Positions 31,977 through 44,045 of a DNA stretch of 64,000 bases are shown piece by piece. A program made the translations under genes and the position numbers. Within the stretch, counting starts at the first letter, position 1. Each line of letters opens with the position of its first letter. This DNA comes from Halomonas sp. (lineage in GTDB: Bacteria; Pseudomonadota; Gammaproteobacteria; Pseudomonadales; Halomonadaceae): NCBI GenBank assembly GCA_030457605.1, contig JAKDUR010000006.1, positions 9,422 through 73,421 of the forward strand, given 5' to 3'. The notes beneath the pieces were generated by a model. That model saw nothing but the letters and a program-made list of their open reading frames with translations, did no database searches and had not been told where the DNA came from.

Positions 31977-32951
31977 TCAGGCCAGCCAGCGCGGCGTTTC
32001 AAGCTGCAACCGCTGCTGCTCGAGCTGGCGGATATGCCCGTCCCAATACCCGCTTTCACCCAGCCAGGGAAACGCCTGAGGGAAAGCGGGGTCATCCCAG
32101 CGCGCGGCAAGCCAGGCGCTATGACGCACCAACCGATAGCTGCGCAGCGGCTCAATCAGCTCAAGCTCGGCATGGGGAAATGGCCGCTCTTCTTCATAAC
32201 CTTCACTGATTTCACTCAGCTGGGCACGCCAGGCTGCGGGTTCGTCAATGGCGAGCAGCATCCAGATATCCTGAATCGCCGGCGCCATCAGGCAGTCGTC
32301 AAAATCCACCAGCGTAAATGCTTCGTCACGCCCGAGAATATTACCCAAATGGCAGTCACCGTGACAGCGGATCATGTTCGCCGGCATCGTGGCAAAGCCT
32401 TCAAGCGCCTCTGCCAGGCGTGATGTGACCGTTTCATAAGCACGCCGCTGGTGCTTTGTCAGCCAACCGCTTCTCAATACATTGGCACTCGCCTCGGCCA
32501 CATCTGACCCCAGCGCCAACTGCCGCCGATGGGTAAACGCCTGCCGGTCGGCCACCGTATGCAGCCGGCCAAGGACACCGCCCAGCGCAAACAGATGCGC
32601 CGGGTTATCCAGCTCCGGCGCCTGCCCTGCCTGCTGCGGAAACAGCGCAAAATCAAAACCGCCAAAATGGTGCAGCGTTTGCCCGCCAGCCAGGCGTAAC
32701 GGGGCGACCACGCTAACGCCCGCCTGCAAAAGCTCGTGAAGGTAGTCGTGCTCTTCCTGAATGGCCGCCGTTGTCCAGCGCGCCGGACGGTAAAACTTGA
32801 CGATCCAGCCACGGCGCTCGTCATCGCGGAACAGCAGTACGCGGTTCTCGTAGCTGTTTAACGCAAAAGGCTCACCGGCCGGATAAATCCCGATGGATTC
32901 AATAGCCGCAACGATGGTGGCCGGCGATAGCGCGCTAAACGCATGACTCAT
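31977..32951 (-). CDS. srkA: Stress response Ser/Thr kinase SrkA (RdoA/YihE)
   Basis: LNSYENRV, VKFYRP, HGDCHLGNIL, DFDD, WDDPAFP. Confidence 0.93.
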   Translation of the reverse strand: MSHAFSALSPATIVAAIESIGIYPAGEPFALNSYENRVLLFRDDERRGWIVKFYRPARWTTAAIQEEHDYLHELLQAGVSVVAPLRLAGGQTLHHFGGFDFALFPQQAGQAPELDNPAHLFALGGVLGRLHTVADRQAFTHRRQLALGSDVAEASANVLRSGWLTKHQRRAYETVTSRLAEALEGFATMPANMIRCHGDCHLGNILGRDEAFTLVDFDDCLMAPAIQDIWMLLAIDEPAAWRAQLSEISEGYEEERPFPHAELELIEPLRSYRLVRHSAWLAARWDDPAFPQAFPWLGESGYWDGHIRQLEQQRLQLETPRWLA

Positions 32952-32986
32952 GTCCGCCTCCGCTTTCAGGTAAAAGCGTTATCTTA

Positions 32987-33703
32987 TCAAGGCGACCCCA
33001 GCGATGTACGCGCCAGCGCATAAATAGTTACTTCCCGGGCACCGGCGTTGCGTGCCGCCAGTGATAGCGCATTGACCGTTGCCCCCGTGGTGACCACATC
33101 ATCAATAATCGCAATGCGTGCCGGCAACCTCTGCGGCAACGTAAATGCGTCGGTCAGGTTGTCAAACCGCGCACGACGTGAAAGCGAGCGCTGGCTGGGT
33201 GTATCCACCTCGCGCGTCGCCGTCAGGACCGGCAACCCCAGGCGTGCGCCCAGTTGCTCGGCCAGCCACTGGGACTGATTGAAACCGCGCTCACGGGCTC
33301 GTGCGGAATGCAAAGGCACCGGCAACAGCGCCTGCGCCTGCGCCTGACAGCCGCTCAACGCCGAAAGAAACAGCTCGATGAGCAGCACGCCGGCTCTGGG
33401 CGATGCGTGAAACTTGAAGTCCTGCACCAGCTGGCGCACGGCCCCTTCATACCTCAGCGGCACATAAGCCGCCGCGAAATCCGGCGGGCTTTCCCGGCAA
33501 TGGTGGCAATGCCCTCGCATATGGCCCAGCGGCTCGCCACATATGCGGCAGCTACGCACGTTCCAGGCAAGCTCCCGGTAACAGGGCATACACCAGCTCA
33601 ACCCAGGCTCAGGTGTGCCCAGGCAAAAAGCGCAATACCCCGGCAGCACGCGATGCAGGGCTTTTTCCAGCGCAGCAAAACCGCGCGCAATGCTTGCGTT
33701 CAT
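32987..33703 (-). CDS. comF: ComF family protein (double zinc ribbon plus PRTase fold); start uncertain (33703 or 33736)
   Basis: CAFC/CMPC/CRIC/CHHC, PVPLH...RERGFNQS, IIDDVVTTGAT. Confidence 0.88.
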   Translation of the reverse strand: MNASIARGFAALEKALHRVLPGYCAFCLGTPEPGLSWCMPCYRELAWNVRSCRICGEPLGHMRGHCHHCRESPPDFAAAYVPLRYEGAVRQLVQDFKFHASPRAGVLLIELFLSALSGCQAQAQALLPVPLHSARARERGFNQSQWLAEQLGARLGLPVLTATREVDTPSQRSLSRRARFDNLTDAFTLPQRLPARIAIIDDVVTTGATVNALSLAARNAGAREVTIYALARTSLGSP

Positions 33704-33757
33704 GAGCATACCTGCCTCCGCCCGCTTATCTGACACATTACCGGCTTATATCTTCCG

Positions 33758-33785
33758 TTGACTTTAGCCAAATAATGGGTAGTAT
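33758..33785 (+). promoter_or_regulatory. Sigma70-type promoter of tRNA-Leu
   Basis: TTGACT-16 bp-TAGTAT ending 13 bp upstream of the tRNA. Confidence 0.65.
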
Positions 33786-33798
33786 GTGCCTCGATTCT

Positions 33799-33883
33799 GC
33801 GGATGTGGTGGAATTGGTAGACACGCTAGATTTAGGTTCTAGTGCCGTAAGGCGTGGGAGTTCAAGTCTCCCCATCCGCACCA
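33799..33883 (+). tRNA. tRNA-Leu (anticodon TAG)
   Basis: GCGGATG/CATCCGC acceptor stem, anticodon arm CTAGA-TTTAGGT-TCTAG, long variable arm, TTCAAGT T-loop, encoded CCA. Confidence 0.97.
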
Positions 33884-34198
33884 ATTCGATTTTTCAGCGT
33901 CATCTTACGCCCTCCAGGGCCTTATTTTTCTTTATTTCCCCGCCACCTACTGTCTTGACGCAACCAACACGGCAAACACACGCGCCCATATCCTGTATGC
34001 CAGCATGTCTGCCTGTTTTAACGCGCCTCTTCTCTGCACAACCCGCATCTTTTACCCTATTCACTTCAGGCTTGCCACTTCGCACCCGGCCTCGTGCACT
34101 CCCCTGTCCGCTGCTCTGTTGCTTCGCCGCATGACTGCCTACAATTCAGTTGCGAATTCTCCCTCTTGGGGAAAACTCCACAGGAAAAGGAAACAACC

Positions 34199-34828
34199 AT
34201 GGAATGGCTAAGCGAAAACGGCCAGGCCATATCGGCCATTACCAGCGTGTGTACGCTGTTCGTCTGGGTGTTTTATGCCCAGCTGCTTTACGACGGCTAT
34301 GTACGCCAACGGCGGCCGCGGATCATCGTTAATCGTGGTAAAGGCATCGGCATGGAGGCATTGTGCCTGATCAGCAATATGAGCAACGAAGCCATTTACG
34401 TCCAGCACCTGATCGCCGTGCTGCACACCCGGGAGCGCAGCTACTCGCTGGATGTAGTCGAGTACCAGCAGGAAGGCGATGAGCAGGAAGAGGGCTGTTA
34501 CCGCACCCACCAGGGCCCGCTTGGCTCCGGTGATTATCTGCACGTGCAGTCATTCAACTCGATCCTGAAACAGATCATGAACTATTGGGAAATCGACGCT
34601 GCCGTCCTCGAACAGGAAGGCTTGACCCTGGGCATTCGCGTTATCGCCATCTATGGCTCCGAGGACATGCCCACCGGCGCCTGGCGCACTTTTGAGCTGG
34701 ACTTGTCGGCACCGTCCACGCGCCAGCTGCGGCCAACCACCATCGACACCCACCGCATGAACAGCAAACGCGAGCGCAAGCGCGTGTTGCAGTGGGCAGA
34801 AGACATTGAAATACACAAGGCCTACTAA
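34199..34828 (+). CDS. Hypothetical protein with an N-terminal membrane anchor
   Basis: AAGGA RBS, hydrophobic AISAITSVCTLFVWVFYA segment, 209-aa ORF with coding-like codon use. Confidence 0.75.
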   Translation: MEWLSENGQAISAITSVCTLFVWVFYAQLLYDGYVRQRRPRIIVNRGKGIGMEALCLISNMSNEAIYVQHLIAVLHTRERSYSLDVVEYQQEGDEQEEGCYRTHQGPLGSGDYLHVQSFNSILKQIMNYWEIDAAVLEQEGLTLGIRVIAIYGSEDMPTGAWRTFELDLSAPSTRQLRPTTIDTHRMNSKRERKRVLQWAEDIEIHKAY

Positions 34829-34967
34829 AAAGCCAGCGAATACCTGAACAATAACGACAACCCGGGCCACAGCCAGAATCACGCGCATCGCTTGTTTTAC
34901 GCTCATTGCGTCACCATATCCCTGCGCAGCCCCGTGTTGGAAAGAGCTGAAAAAGCTGGAGCCACCC

Positions 34968-35462
34968 ATGCCGGTACTGATTTTTATTTCCCTGTTTACT
35001 CTGCTTGATTTTGTCGTGCTGTTCAGCGTCGGCGGTCAAATCGGGCTTTTGGCGACGCTGCTGCTGGTACTGCTTACCGGCATCGGCGGGTTGCACCTGA
35101 TCCGCCGCGAAGGGGCCAACACGTTTGCCCGGGCGCGCGAACGCCTCAACGCCGGTGAACTGCCGTCCAGCGAATTGCTGACCGGCGCCGCCCTCATTTT
35201 TGGCGGCGCGCTATTGATGGCACCGGGCTTTTTATCCGACGCCATGGGGCTTGCCTGCCTGCTGCCCGAGGCGCGGCGCCTGCTGTTCAAGCTGCTTGCC
35301 TGGCTCGGCTTCAAGGCAAGTGTCAGCGGTGCCCACACCCGGGGTAGCGCTCATGATGCCAACGACTGGAACACGCACCGGTCGCGCCAGCAGAAAAAGA
35401 GCGAAAACGGACCGCTCGAAGGCGATTTCATCGCCCGGGATGAGCCATTTCATCGGCGCTAG
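34968..35462 (+). CDS. fxsA: FxsA family membrane protein
   Basis: GGALLMAPGFLSDAMGL, C-terminal LEGDF; conserved position upstream of groES. Confidence 0.88.
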   Translation: MPVLIFISLFTLLDFVVLFSVGGQIGLLATLLLVLLTGIGGLHLIRREGANTFARARERLNAGELPSSELLTGAALIFGGALLMAPGFLSDAMGLACLLPEARRLLFKLLAWLGFKASVSGAHTRGSAHDANDWNTHRSRQQKKSENGPLEGDFIARDEPFHRR

Positions 35463-35513
35463 CCGGCCGCGCTGCAACAGAATGAAAAAAGCCGATTTTT
35501 TTCATTTGCGCCC

Positions 35514-35541
35514 CTTGAAAGGTTGCCACCAGCCCCCATTT
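35514..35541 (+). promoter_or_regulatory. Sigma32 heat-shock promoter of groES-groEL
   Basis: CTTGAAA-13 bp-CCCCATTT. Confidence 0.85.
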
Positions 35542-35591
35542 TTTAGCCAGTACACAAGTACCATCATCTATCAAACCCCAGGAGAACGTGA

Positions 35592-35885
35592 ATGAATATC
35601 CGTCCCTTGCACGATCGCGTTGTTATCCGTCGCGTTGAAGAAGAGCAGACTACCGCTGGCGGCATCGTGCTTCCGGGTAACGCCCAGGAAAAGCCCACAC
35701 GCGGCACGGTTCTGGCAGTGGGTAACGGTCGCATTCTGGATAACGGCGACGTCCGCGCGCTGGATGTCAAGGTTAACGATACCGTGATCTTCAAGGACGG
35801 CTTTGGCGTCGAAAAGGAAAAAATCGACGGCGAAGAAGTCCTGATCATGAGCGAAGCCGACATTCTGGCCGTGGTCGAAGACTAA
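35592..35885 (+). CDS. groES: Co-chaperonin GroES
   Basis: [24 protein letters not shown]. Confidence 0.98.
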   Translation: MNIRPLHDRVVIRRVEEEQTTAGGIVLPGNAQEKPTRGTVLAVGNGRILDNGDVRALDVKVNDTVIFKDGFGVEKEKIDGEEVLIMSEADILAVVED

Positions 35886-35929
35886 GCACCTGACACGTTA
35901 CGTTTCACGTTGACCCTTTAACCGTTTAG

Positions 35930-37585
<1,656 letters not shown>

Positions 37586-37610
37586 GCCTTTCACCACACT
37601 GTTGCTCGCT

Positions 37611-37638
37611 AAAAAAACCCCGCTTCGGCGGGGTTTTT
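37611..37638 (+). terminator. Intrinsic terminator after groEL
   Basis: AAAAAAACCCCGC-TTCG-GCGGGGTTTTT. Confidence 0.88.
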
Positions 37639-37675
37639 CGTTCGCGGCTCACTGATTCCTGCAAGAGGTTTTATC

Positions 37676-38407
37676 GTGCTTTCCAACATCCGCATTGTGC
37701 TGGTACAAACATTTCATCCCGGCAATATCGGCGCCGCTGCACGCGCCATGAAAACCATGGGCCTGGGTGAGCTTGTGCTGGTCAACCCCCGAGCGTTTCC
37801 CGACGACGAAGCCACCCGGCTGGCCGCCGGCGCGACCGACGTGCTGGCCAACGCCCGCGTGGCAGGTTCGCTAAACGAGGCGGTTGACGACTGCGTGCAG
37901 GTGATTGGCGCCAGCGCTCGGCTACGCAGCCTGCCGTTACCCCATTTTGACGAACCCGACGCCATGGCCCAAAGCGCGCTGGGCAATGCCCAAAGCGCAC
38001 CGGTGGCGCTGGTATTCGGCCGCGAACGCTCGGGGCTGACCAATGAGGAAATCCGCTGCTGTACCCATCAGGTCAGCATTCCGGCCAATCCGGAGTACGG
38101 CATTCTGAATCTATCCCAGGCAGTACAGATACTCGCCTACGAACTACACCGGGGCTGGCGCACCCGACCGGAAAGCGACTTTGCCTATCAGTCGCCTGCC
38201 GAGGCCACACCGCCAACCCGGGAGCAGTTTGATCATTTCCAGCGCCACCTGCATGACGTGATGCAGCAAAGCGGCTTTTTAACCCAGCCCCACGCGCGCA
38301 CCGAAGAGCAGCTGCAGGCGCTGTTTGCCCGGGCCGAGCCCAGCCGCAAGGAGCTTTCGCTGTTGCGCGGGCTGTTAAGCGCCCTTGAGCCCCGCGGCGG
38401 CGACTGA
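37676..38407 (+). CDS. trmJ: SPOUT RNA methyltransferase, TrmJ family
   Basis: IRIVLV...HPGNIGAAARAMKTMG, LVFGRERSGLTNEE, LNLSQAV. Confidence 0.85.
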   Translation: MLSNIRIVLVQTFHPGNIGAAARAMKTMGLGELVLVNPRAFPDDEATRLAAGATDVLANARVAGSLNEAVDDCVQVIGASARLRSLPLPHFDEPDAMAQSALGNAQSAPVALVFGRERSGLTNEEIRCCTHQVSIPANPEYGILNLSQAVQILAYELHRGWRTRPESDFAYQSPAEATPPTREQFDHFQRHLHDVMQQSGFLTQPHARTEEQLQALFARAEPSRKELSLLRGLLSALEPRGGD

Positions 38408-38412
38408 CGACG

Positions 38413-39759
38413 TCAGAGCAGCATTGCGGCTGTCCAGCCAAAGGCGATCATCGGCAGGTTGTAGTGCAGGAAGGTCGGCACCACGCTGCCCATGATGTGA
38501 TCGTGCTGGCCGTCGACGTTGAGCCCCGAGGTTGGCCCGAGGGTCGAATCCGACGCCGGCGAGCCGGCATCGCCAAGCGCCGCCGCCGTGCCTACCAGCA
38601 CGGTGGTTGCCAGCGGCGAAAAGCCGAACTGCACCGCCAGCGGCACAAAAATGGCGGCGATGATCGGGATGGTGGAAAACGACGAGCCAATCCCCAGCGT
38701 AATGAACAGCCCCACCAGCAGCATGGCAATGGCAGCCAGCCCGCGATTATCGCCGAACAGGGCAAAGGCACCTTCCACCAGGGTGTCGATCTCGCCGGTG
38801 GCTTTCATCACCTCGGCAAAGCCCGCCGCCGAGATCATGATAAAGCCGATCAGCGCCATCATGCGCATGCCGCTGGTAAACAGGTCATCGGCCTCGCGCC
38901 ATTTGAAAATCCCGCTCAGCGACAGGATCGCAATCCCGACCAGGCCGCCAAGAATCATCGAGCCGCTGTAAAGCTGCAGGCCCAGTGCGGCAAGAATCGC
39001 CACACCCGACATGGCAAGCCCCAGCGCACTTGGCTCGGGTGCCGAATGGCCGCTGCCGGCGGTGGCGCTTGCCACTTCCCGGGTTTCGTAGTCGCGCGGG
39101 CGGCGGTAGCTTAAAAATACCGCCACCAGCATGCCCACGGCCATGCCACCCACGGGCACCGCCATGGCCAGCGGCAGCATGCCCCGGGTAATCTCAAGCC
39201 CTAAAGCAGCACCGGCATCGTTGATATTGGCCAGCAGAATATCGTTGAGGAAAATCGCCCCGAAGCCCACCGGCAGCAGCATATAAGGGGCGGTCAGGCC
39301 GAAGGTGAGCACGCAGGCGATGGCCCGGCGGTCGAGCCTGAGCTGATTCATCACCTTCAACAGCGGCGGAATCAGAATCGGGATAAAGGCAATGTGTACG
39401 GGAATCAGGTTCTGCGAGGAGATCGACACCAGCAGCACCGCGATCAACAGCAGGTACTTCACCCGTGCCTGGCGGGCGGCGTCGGCCTCCTGGCCGAGCA
39501 TGCTGATCAGCCGGCGGGCCAGCATGTCCGGCAGCCCAGAGCGGGATACCGCCACGGCAAAGGCACCGAGCGTGGCGTAGGCCAGCGCCACCTGGGCACC
39601 GCCGCCCACGCCTTCGTTGAAAGCGGCAAGGGTCTGCTCCAGGTCAAGCCCGCCGGCAAGCCCCCCCACCAGCGCCCCCAGAATCAGGGCAAACACCACG
39701 GAAACCCGCGCCAGCGCCAGCGCGACCATGACCAATACGGCAAGAATGACTGCGTTCAT
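38413..39759 (-). CDS. Na+/H+ antiporter NhaC-like family transporter (YuiF-like)
   Basis: [53 protein letters not shown]. Confidence 0.85.
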   Translation of the reverse strand: MNAVILAVLVMVALALARVSVVFALILGALVGGLAGGLDLEQTLAAFNEGVGGGAQVALAYATLGAFAVAVSRSGLPDMLARRLISMLGQEADAARQARVKYLLLIAVLLVSISSQNLIPVHIAFIPILIPPLLKVMNQLRLDRRAIACVLTFGLTAPYMLLPVGFGAIFLNDILLANINDAGAALGLEITRGMLPLAMAVPVGGMAVGMLVAVFLSYRRPRDYETREVASATAGSGHSAPEPSALGLAMSGVAILAALGLQLYSGSMILGGLVGIAILSLSGIFKWREADDLFTSGMRMMALIGFIMISAAGFAEVMKATGEIDTLVEGAFALFGDNRGLAAIAMLLVGLFITLGIGSSFSTIPIIAAIFVPLAVQFGFSPLATTVLVGTAAALGDAGSPASDSTLGPTSGLNVDGQHDHIMGSVVPTFLHYNLPMIAFGWTAAMLL

Positions 39760-40039
39760 CGGCTATATCCAGAAACGTCATGAGTAGAAGAAAAACGCGC
39801 CCGATTCTAGCAGATAAAACGCCCGCCGCCGCTGGTGTTGAAGCGAAGACCGCGTAAAATGCCGAATGCCGGCCGTATACGCCGCTTCAAGGTCATGAAG
39901 ACCACGCTTCGTTCAAGACACGCCTGTTTTCAAGGCGTGTTTTTCAAGGAGAGAGACGCCGCCATGCTCAACGCCTGCTTGCCCGCCCGCCGCGCTATTA
40001 TCACCCACGGCATCGCCAACGACTGCAAGCCCGTGTCCC

Positions 40040-41593
40040 ATGCTTGAAGTCGTCACGCTTTCATTTGCCTTCGTCTTCGGCATTCTGGTGCGCCAGATCG
40101 GCCTGCCACCGCTGGTGGGCTTTCTTGCCGCCGGCTTTGCCCTGAACGCCTTCGGCCCTGCCGTGGGCCTGCCAAGCGATGCCGGGCCGATTCTTGAGCA
40201 CACCGCACACCTTGGCGTGCTTTTGCTGCTGTTTACCATCGGGCTCAAGATCAACCTCAAGAACCTGTTTGAGCCGGTGGTGCTGGGCAGCGCGTTTATC
40301 CACCTGTTGATCAGCGGGACGGTATTTACCGCGGGTTTTGTGTGGATCGCCGGGCTGGCGCTTGAAACCGCTATTCTGCTTTCCATCGCGCTGTCTTTTT
40401 CCAGCACGGTGCTGGCCGCCAAGGTGCTCGAGGGCAAGGGCGAGCTGCGCGCTTTTCACGGGCGCATCGCCATCGGCATCCTTGTCATGCAGGACCTGGT
40501 CGCGCTTGGCGTATTAAGCGTCTACAGCGGACAGACGCCGTCCATCTGGGCGCTTTGGGTACTGGCCCTGCCGCTGTTGCGCCCGCTGTTCTACTGGCTG
40601 ATGCGTGTCGCCGCGCACGATGAGCTGTTGGTGCTGATGGGCGTGGTGCTGGCCGTGGCCGCCGGCGGCATGGGCTTTCAGGCGGTGGGGTTAAGCTCCG
40701 AGGTGGGGGCGCTGGCCATGGGGCTTGTGCTGTCTCAGCATCCGCGTGCCCAGGAGCTTTCCCAGGCGCTGTGGGGCATCAAGGAAGTGCTTTTGATCAG
40801 CTTTTTTCTGCAGATCGGCATGTCCGGGCTGCCCGACGCCCGGGCGCTGGCATTTGCCGGGGTATTCGCCCTGCTGCTGCCGCTCAAGGGCATCCTTTTT
40901 GCCGCGCTGATGATCGTGTTTCGGGTGCGAGTACGCAACGCCTTTCTTGGCGGCTTGAGCCTGGCCGCCTACAGCGAGTTCGGGCTGATTGTGGCCGCCA
41001 ATATCATGCCCGAATGGCTGGTACCGCTGGCCGTCACCGTGGCGCTGTCGTTTGTGATTGCCGCCCCGGTCAATCATTTTGCCCACGCGCTGTTCGACCG
41101 CTTCGAGCACTATCTGATGCGTTTCGAGACCGATACCCAGCACCCCGACGAGCAGCCCGTGGAGCTTGGCGACGCCAACGTTCTGGTATTGGGCATGGGC
41201 CGCATCGGCAGCGCGGCCTACGATTATTTCATCGAGCAGGGCATCCGCGTCACCGGGCTTGATTCCGATCCCAACAAGACGACCCGAGACAGCCGCCGGG
41301 TACGCTACGCCGACGTCGAAGACAGCGGTCTCTGGGAGCACCTGGATATCTCACGGCTAAAAGCGGTGACGCTTGCCACGCCCAATACCGAAAGCAAGCT
41401 GATCGCCGCGCGCCATCTGCGCAAGGCCGGCTTTAGCGGCAGTATTGTTGCCGGCCTGCACTTCCAGGATGAAGACGAAGAGGCCGCTCTTAGAGGTGCC
41501 GGCGTGGATCATACGTATTTGCTGATGTCCGGCGCGGGCATCGGCATTGCTGAAAAAACCTGCGAGTGTCTGAACGCCGCACGCCCTTCATAA
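40040..41593 (+). CDS. Cation:proton antiporter (CPA2/Kef-like) with C-terminal TrkA_N domain
   Basis: LPPLVGFL, LSFSSTV, GILVMQD, YSEFGL, LGMGRIG. Confidence 0.88.
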   Translation: MLEVVTLSFAFVFGILVRQIGLPPLVGFLAAGFALNAFGPAVGLPSDAGPILEHTAHLGVLLLLFTIGLKINLKNLFEPVVLGSAFIHLLISGTVFTAGFVWIAGLALETAILLSIALSFSSTVLAAKVLEGKGELRAFHGRIAIGILVMQDLVALGVLSVYSGQTPSIWALWVLALPLLRPLFYWLMRVAAHDELLVLMGVVLAVAAGGMGFQAVGLSSEVGALAMGLVLSQHPRAQELSQALWGIKEVLLISFFLQIGMSGLPDARALAFAGVFALLLPLKGILFAALMIVFRVRVRNAFLGGLSLAAYSEFGLIVAANIMPEWLVPLAVTVALSFVIAAPVNHFAHALFDRFEHYLMRFETDTQHPDEQPVELGDANVLVLGMGRIGSAAYDYFIEQGIRVTGLDSDPNKTTRDSRRVRYADVEDSGLWEHLDISRLKAVTLATPNTESKLIAARHLRKAGFSGSIVAGLHFQDEDEEAALRGAGVDHTYLLMSGAGIGIAEKTCECLNAARPS

Positions 41594-41629
41594 AAACCCT
41601 TCATAAAACCTGACATGACAACCTGACAT
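41584..41629. repeat. Short local duplications at the antiporter stop
   Basis: CCCTTCATAAAA x2 followed by ACCTGACAT x2. Confidence 0.6.
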
Positions 41630-41657
41630 AAAAAAGCCCCGGCACACGGCCGGGGCT
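41630..41657 (-). terminator. Intrinsic terminator of the nar operon
   Basis: AGCCCCGGC-loop-GCCGGGGCT preceded by an A run (U tract on the minus strand). Confidence 0.75.
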
Positions 41658-41681
41658 CGGGACTGCTGATGCGCACAGGCG

Positions 41682-42506
41682 TCAGCGCATCAGGCTGCCA
41701 CCGCTGTCATCGCCAAGGGTCACGCCCTCCACGCCGATTTCCGCTTCAAGCGCCAGCAGGTAGTGGCGCAGGCCGCGCCTTGTGGCCTGCTCGTGCAGGC
41801 TCAGGCGCACCTGGTCTGTCACTGCCTCATAGGGCAGCAGGCGGCTTTCTTCACGCTGATCCACCATGATCAGGTGCCAGCCGTAGCGCGACGCCAGCGG
41901 CCTTGAGTGCAGCCCCTCCGGCAGGTGCTTGAGCACCCGATCAAGCTCGTCGACGGTCTGGCCCGGCGACAGCCGACCAAGCGAGCCGCCGTCATCCTTC
42001 GACGGGCAGTCCGAGTGGCGCTGGGCAAGCTCGGTCATACGCTCGGGATGCTCGTCAAGCTCGGCCAGCAGCTTGACGCCCAGGTGATACTGAGCGTCCC
42101 GGGCCTCGGCGTCGTCCGGCGGTGCAGCCAGCAGAATGTGGCGCACGTCAAGCTGCACCGGCTGGCTGAAACGCTCCGGGTGCATGGTGTAAAACCGCTC
42201 GCAGTCCTCTTCCGAGGGCTCCGGCACGGCAAGCTCGGTCTCCAGCAGCTCGGCAATGGCATCGTCCGCCGCCTGAGCGCTGCTGTCTTCCACGGTCAGC
42301 CCAATCATTTGCGCGCGCTGGCGCAGCAGCTCGCGCACCACCAGCGCCCGTGCGGCCTTGAGCTGGGCGCTGCCGGCGCTGTCGGCCGGGTGGTACTGCA
42401 TCTCGGCGGCAATATCCGCCTCGCTGATTTCACGGCTGCCGACTACCACCGGCGGCGGCGTTTGCGTCCCCGGCAGTTCTTCAATATCGATCATCTGTAC
42501 GGACAT
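41682..42506 (-). CDS. PpiC/parvulin-type peptidylprolyl isomerase (NifM-like, nar-associated)
   Basis: VRHILLAA, HSDCPSKDDGGSLG, SRYGWHL. Confidence 0.88.
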   Translation of the reverse strand: MSVQMIDIEELPGTQTPPPVVVGSREISEADIAAEMQYHPADSAGSAQLKAARALVVRELLRQRAQMIGLTVEDSSAQAADDAIAELLETELAVPEPSEEDCERFYTMHPERFSQPVQLDVRHILLAAPPDDAEARDAQYHLGVKLLAELDEHPERMTELAQRHSDCPSKDDGGSLGRLSPGQTVDELDRVLKHLPEGLHSRPLASRYGWHLIMVDQREESRLLPYEAVTDQVRLSLHEQATRRGLRHYLLALEAEIGVEGVTLGDDSGGSLMR

Positions 42507-42554
42507 GGGTTACCCCTTTTGCCTAAATACGGTCATCTGGGCGATGCACGCCGC

Positions 42555-43238
42555 CTAGCCGCGCTTGCGCACCAGCTGGTAGCGTCGCGTGACGTAGCCA
42601 AACGGTACGCTCCAGACGTGGACCAGACGGGTAAACGGAAACAGCAGGATGATCGTCAGGCCGAGGAACACGTGCAGCTTGTAGATCCAGCCCACGTCGG
42701 CCATGAAATCTGCCGAGCCGCCGCTGAAGAACACGATGGACTGCGCCCAGCCCGCAAGCGTCAGCATCATCTGGCCGTCCAGGTGACCCAGCGAGAAGAA
42801 CACGGAAATCACGCCCAGCCCCGCCTGAAACACCAGCAGGCCCAGAATCAGGTTGTCCATGGTGCTGGAAGAGGCCTTGACCCGGGGGTTGGTAAAGCGG
42901 CGATACAGCAGCATCGCCCCGCCGATCAGGCACATCACGCCGGCAATGCCGCCGATGACGATGGCGATGATCTGCTTGGCCCCGGCCGACAGAAACGGCG
43001 CGTAGACCCAGTGCGGCGTGAGCATGCCGAACAGATGACCAAAGAAGATCACGATGATCCCGATATGAAACAGGTTGCTCGCCAGGCGCATATTTTTTGA
43101 CGACAGCATCTGGCTGGAGCCGGTCTTCCAGGTGTACTGCCCCTGGTCAAAGCGAATCAGGCTGCCGACCAGAAACACCGTACCGGCCAGATACGGGTAG
43201 TAGCCATAGATCAGATGTTGCAGGTATTCGATAAACAT
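42555..43238 (-). CDS. narI: Respiratory nitrate reductase gamma subunit
   Basis: YYPY...QYTWKTGSSQ, LFHIG...FGH, KLHV...FTRLVH heme ligands. Confidence 0.97.
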   Translation of the reverse strand: MFIEYLQHLIYGYYPYLAGTVFLVGSLIRFDQGQYTWKTGSSQMLSSKNMRLASNLFHIGIIVIFFGHLFGMLTPHWVYAPFLSAGAKQIIAIVIGGIAGVMCLIGGAMLLYRRFTNPRVKASSSTMDNLILGLLVFQAGLGVISVFFSLGHLDGQMMLTLAGWAQSIVFFSGGSADFMADVGWIYKLHVFLGLTIILLFPFTRLVHVWSVPFGYVTRRYQLVRKRG

Positions 43239-43250
43239 GGCGTGTCTCCT

Positions 43251-44045
43251 TTAGCCCGCCGACGGGCCGGACGGCATGATTTTCACGGGGTCGGTTGGGG
43301 TGTCGCGTTTGCGCTCGGCAAGCCGTCGGCCCTCCGCCGACTGCAGCGCGCAGTCCTGGTCGGAGTCGGCGGTAAAGCTCACCGCCTCTTCTTCCCAGAC
43401 CGCGTCCAGCGCTTCGGGGGTGTCGTCGGGCTCTTCATTGCGGGCCGCCTCGCGGTGGGCCTCAACGTCGCCCTCGGCACCGATCAGCGCCAGAAGCCCC
43501 AGCGGTACCAGCGCATGGTCGGCGTTACGCTCCTCCAACCGCGCCACCAGCAGCGCCAAAATATGGCGTATCTCGCCCAGCCAGCGGCCAATGTCGCCCT
43601 CACCGCGAGTGGAGAGATACTCCAAAAACAGCGGCAGGTAGTCCGGAAGCTCGCGCGCGTCCAGCTCAAAGCCGGCGTTCTCGTACTCGTTCATCAGGTC
43701 GACCATGGCCTGGCCGCGATCCCGGGACTCGCCGTGCACGTGCTCAAACAGCAGCAGCGAGGTAGCCTTGCCCTTGTCGAAAAGCTCCACGTATTCGGCC
43801 TGAAGCTCCAGCAGGTCGGCATCGGCGATGCGCTGACACCAGTCCATCAGGCTGCGCCGGCGCGCGGCCGGCCAGCGGCGCTCGGCATTGATGATCTCGA
43901 TCATCTCGCCGGCGGCGTCCTGCAGCTCAACGGTCGGGTAGTCCAAAAGCCTTGCCAGCACCCGTAGACTGAGCATGCCGGCCGGTGCCTCCTCGGCACC
44001 GGTGGCAGCCGCGCCCGGGGTATAAACCTCAGCGGCGTTAGTCAT
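43251..44045 (-). CDS. narJ: Nitrate reductase chaperone (delta)
   Basis: LLDYP, SLLLFEHVHGESRDRGQAMV, ELPDYLPLFLEY. Confidence 0.96.
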   Translation of the reverse strand: MTNAAEVYTPGAAATGAEEAPAGMLSLRVLARLLDYPTVELQDAAGEMIEIINAERRWPAARRRSLMDWCQRIADADLLELQAEYVELFDKGKATSLLLFEHVHGESRDRGQAMVDLMNEYENAGFELDARELPDYLPLFLEYLSTRGEGDIGRWLGEIRHILALLVARLEERNADHALVPLGLLALIGAEGDVEAHREAARNEEPDDTPEALDAVWEEEAVSFTADSDQDCALQSAEGRRLAERKRDTPTDPVKIMPSGPSAG

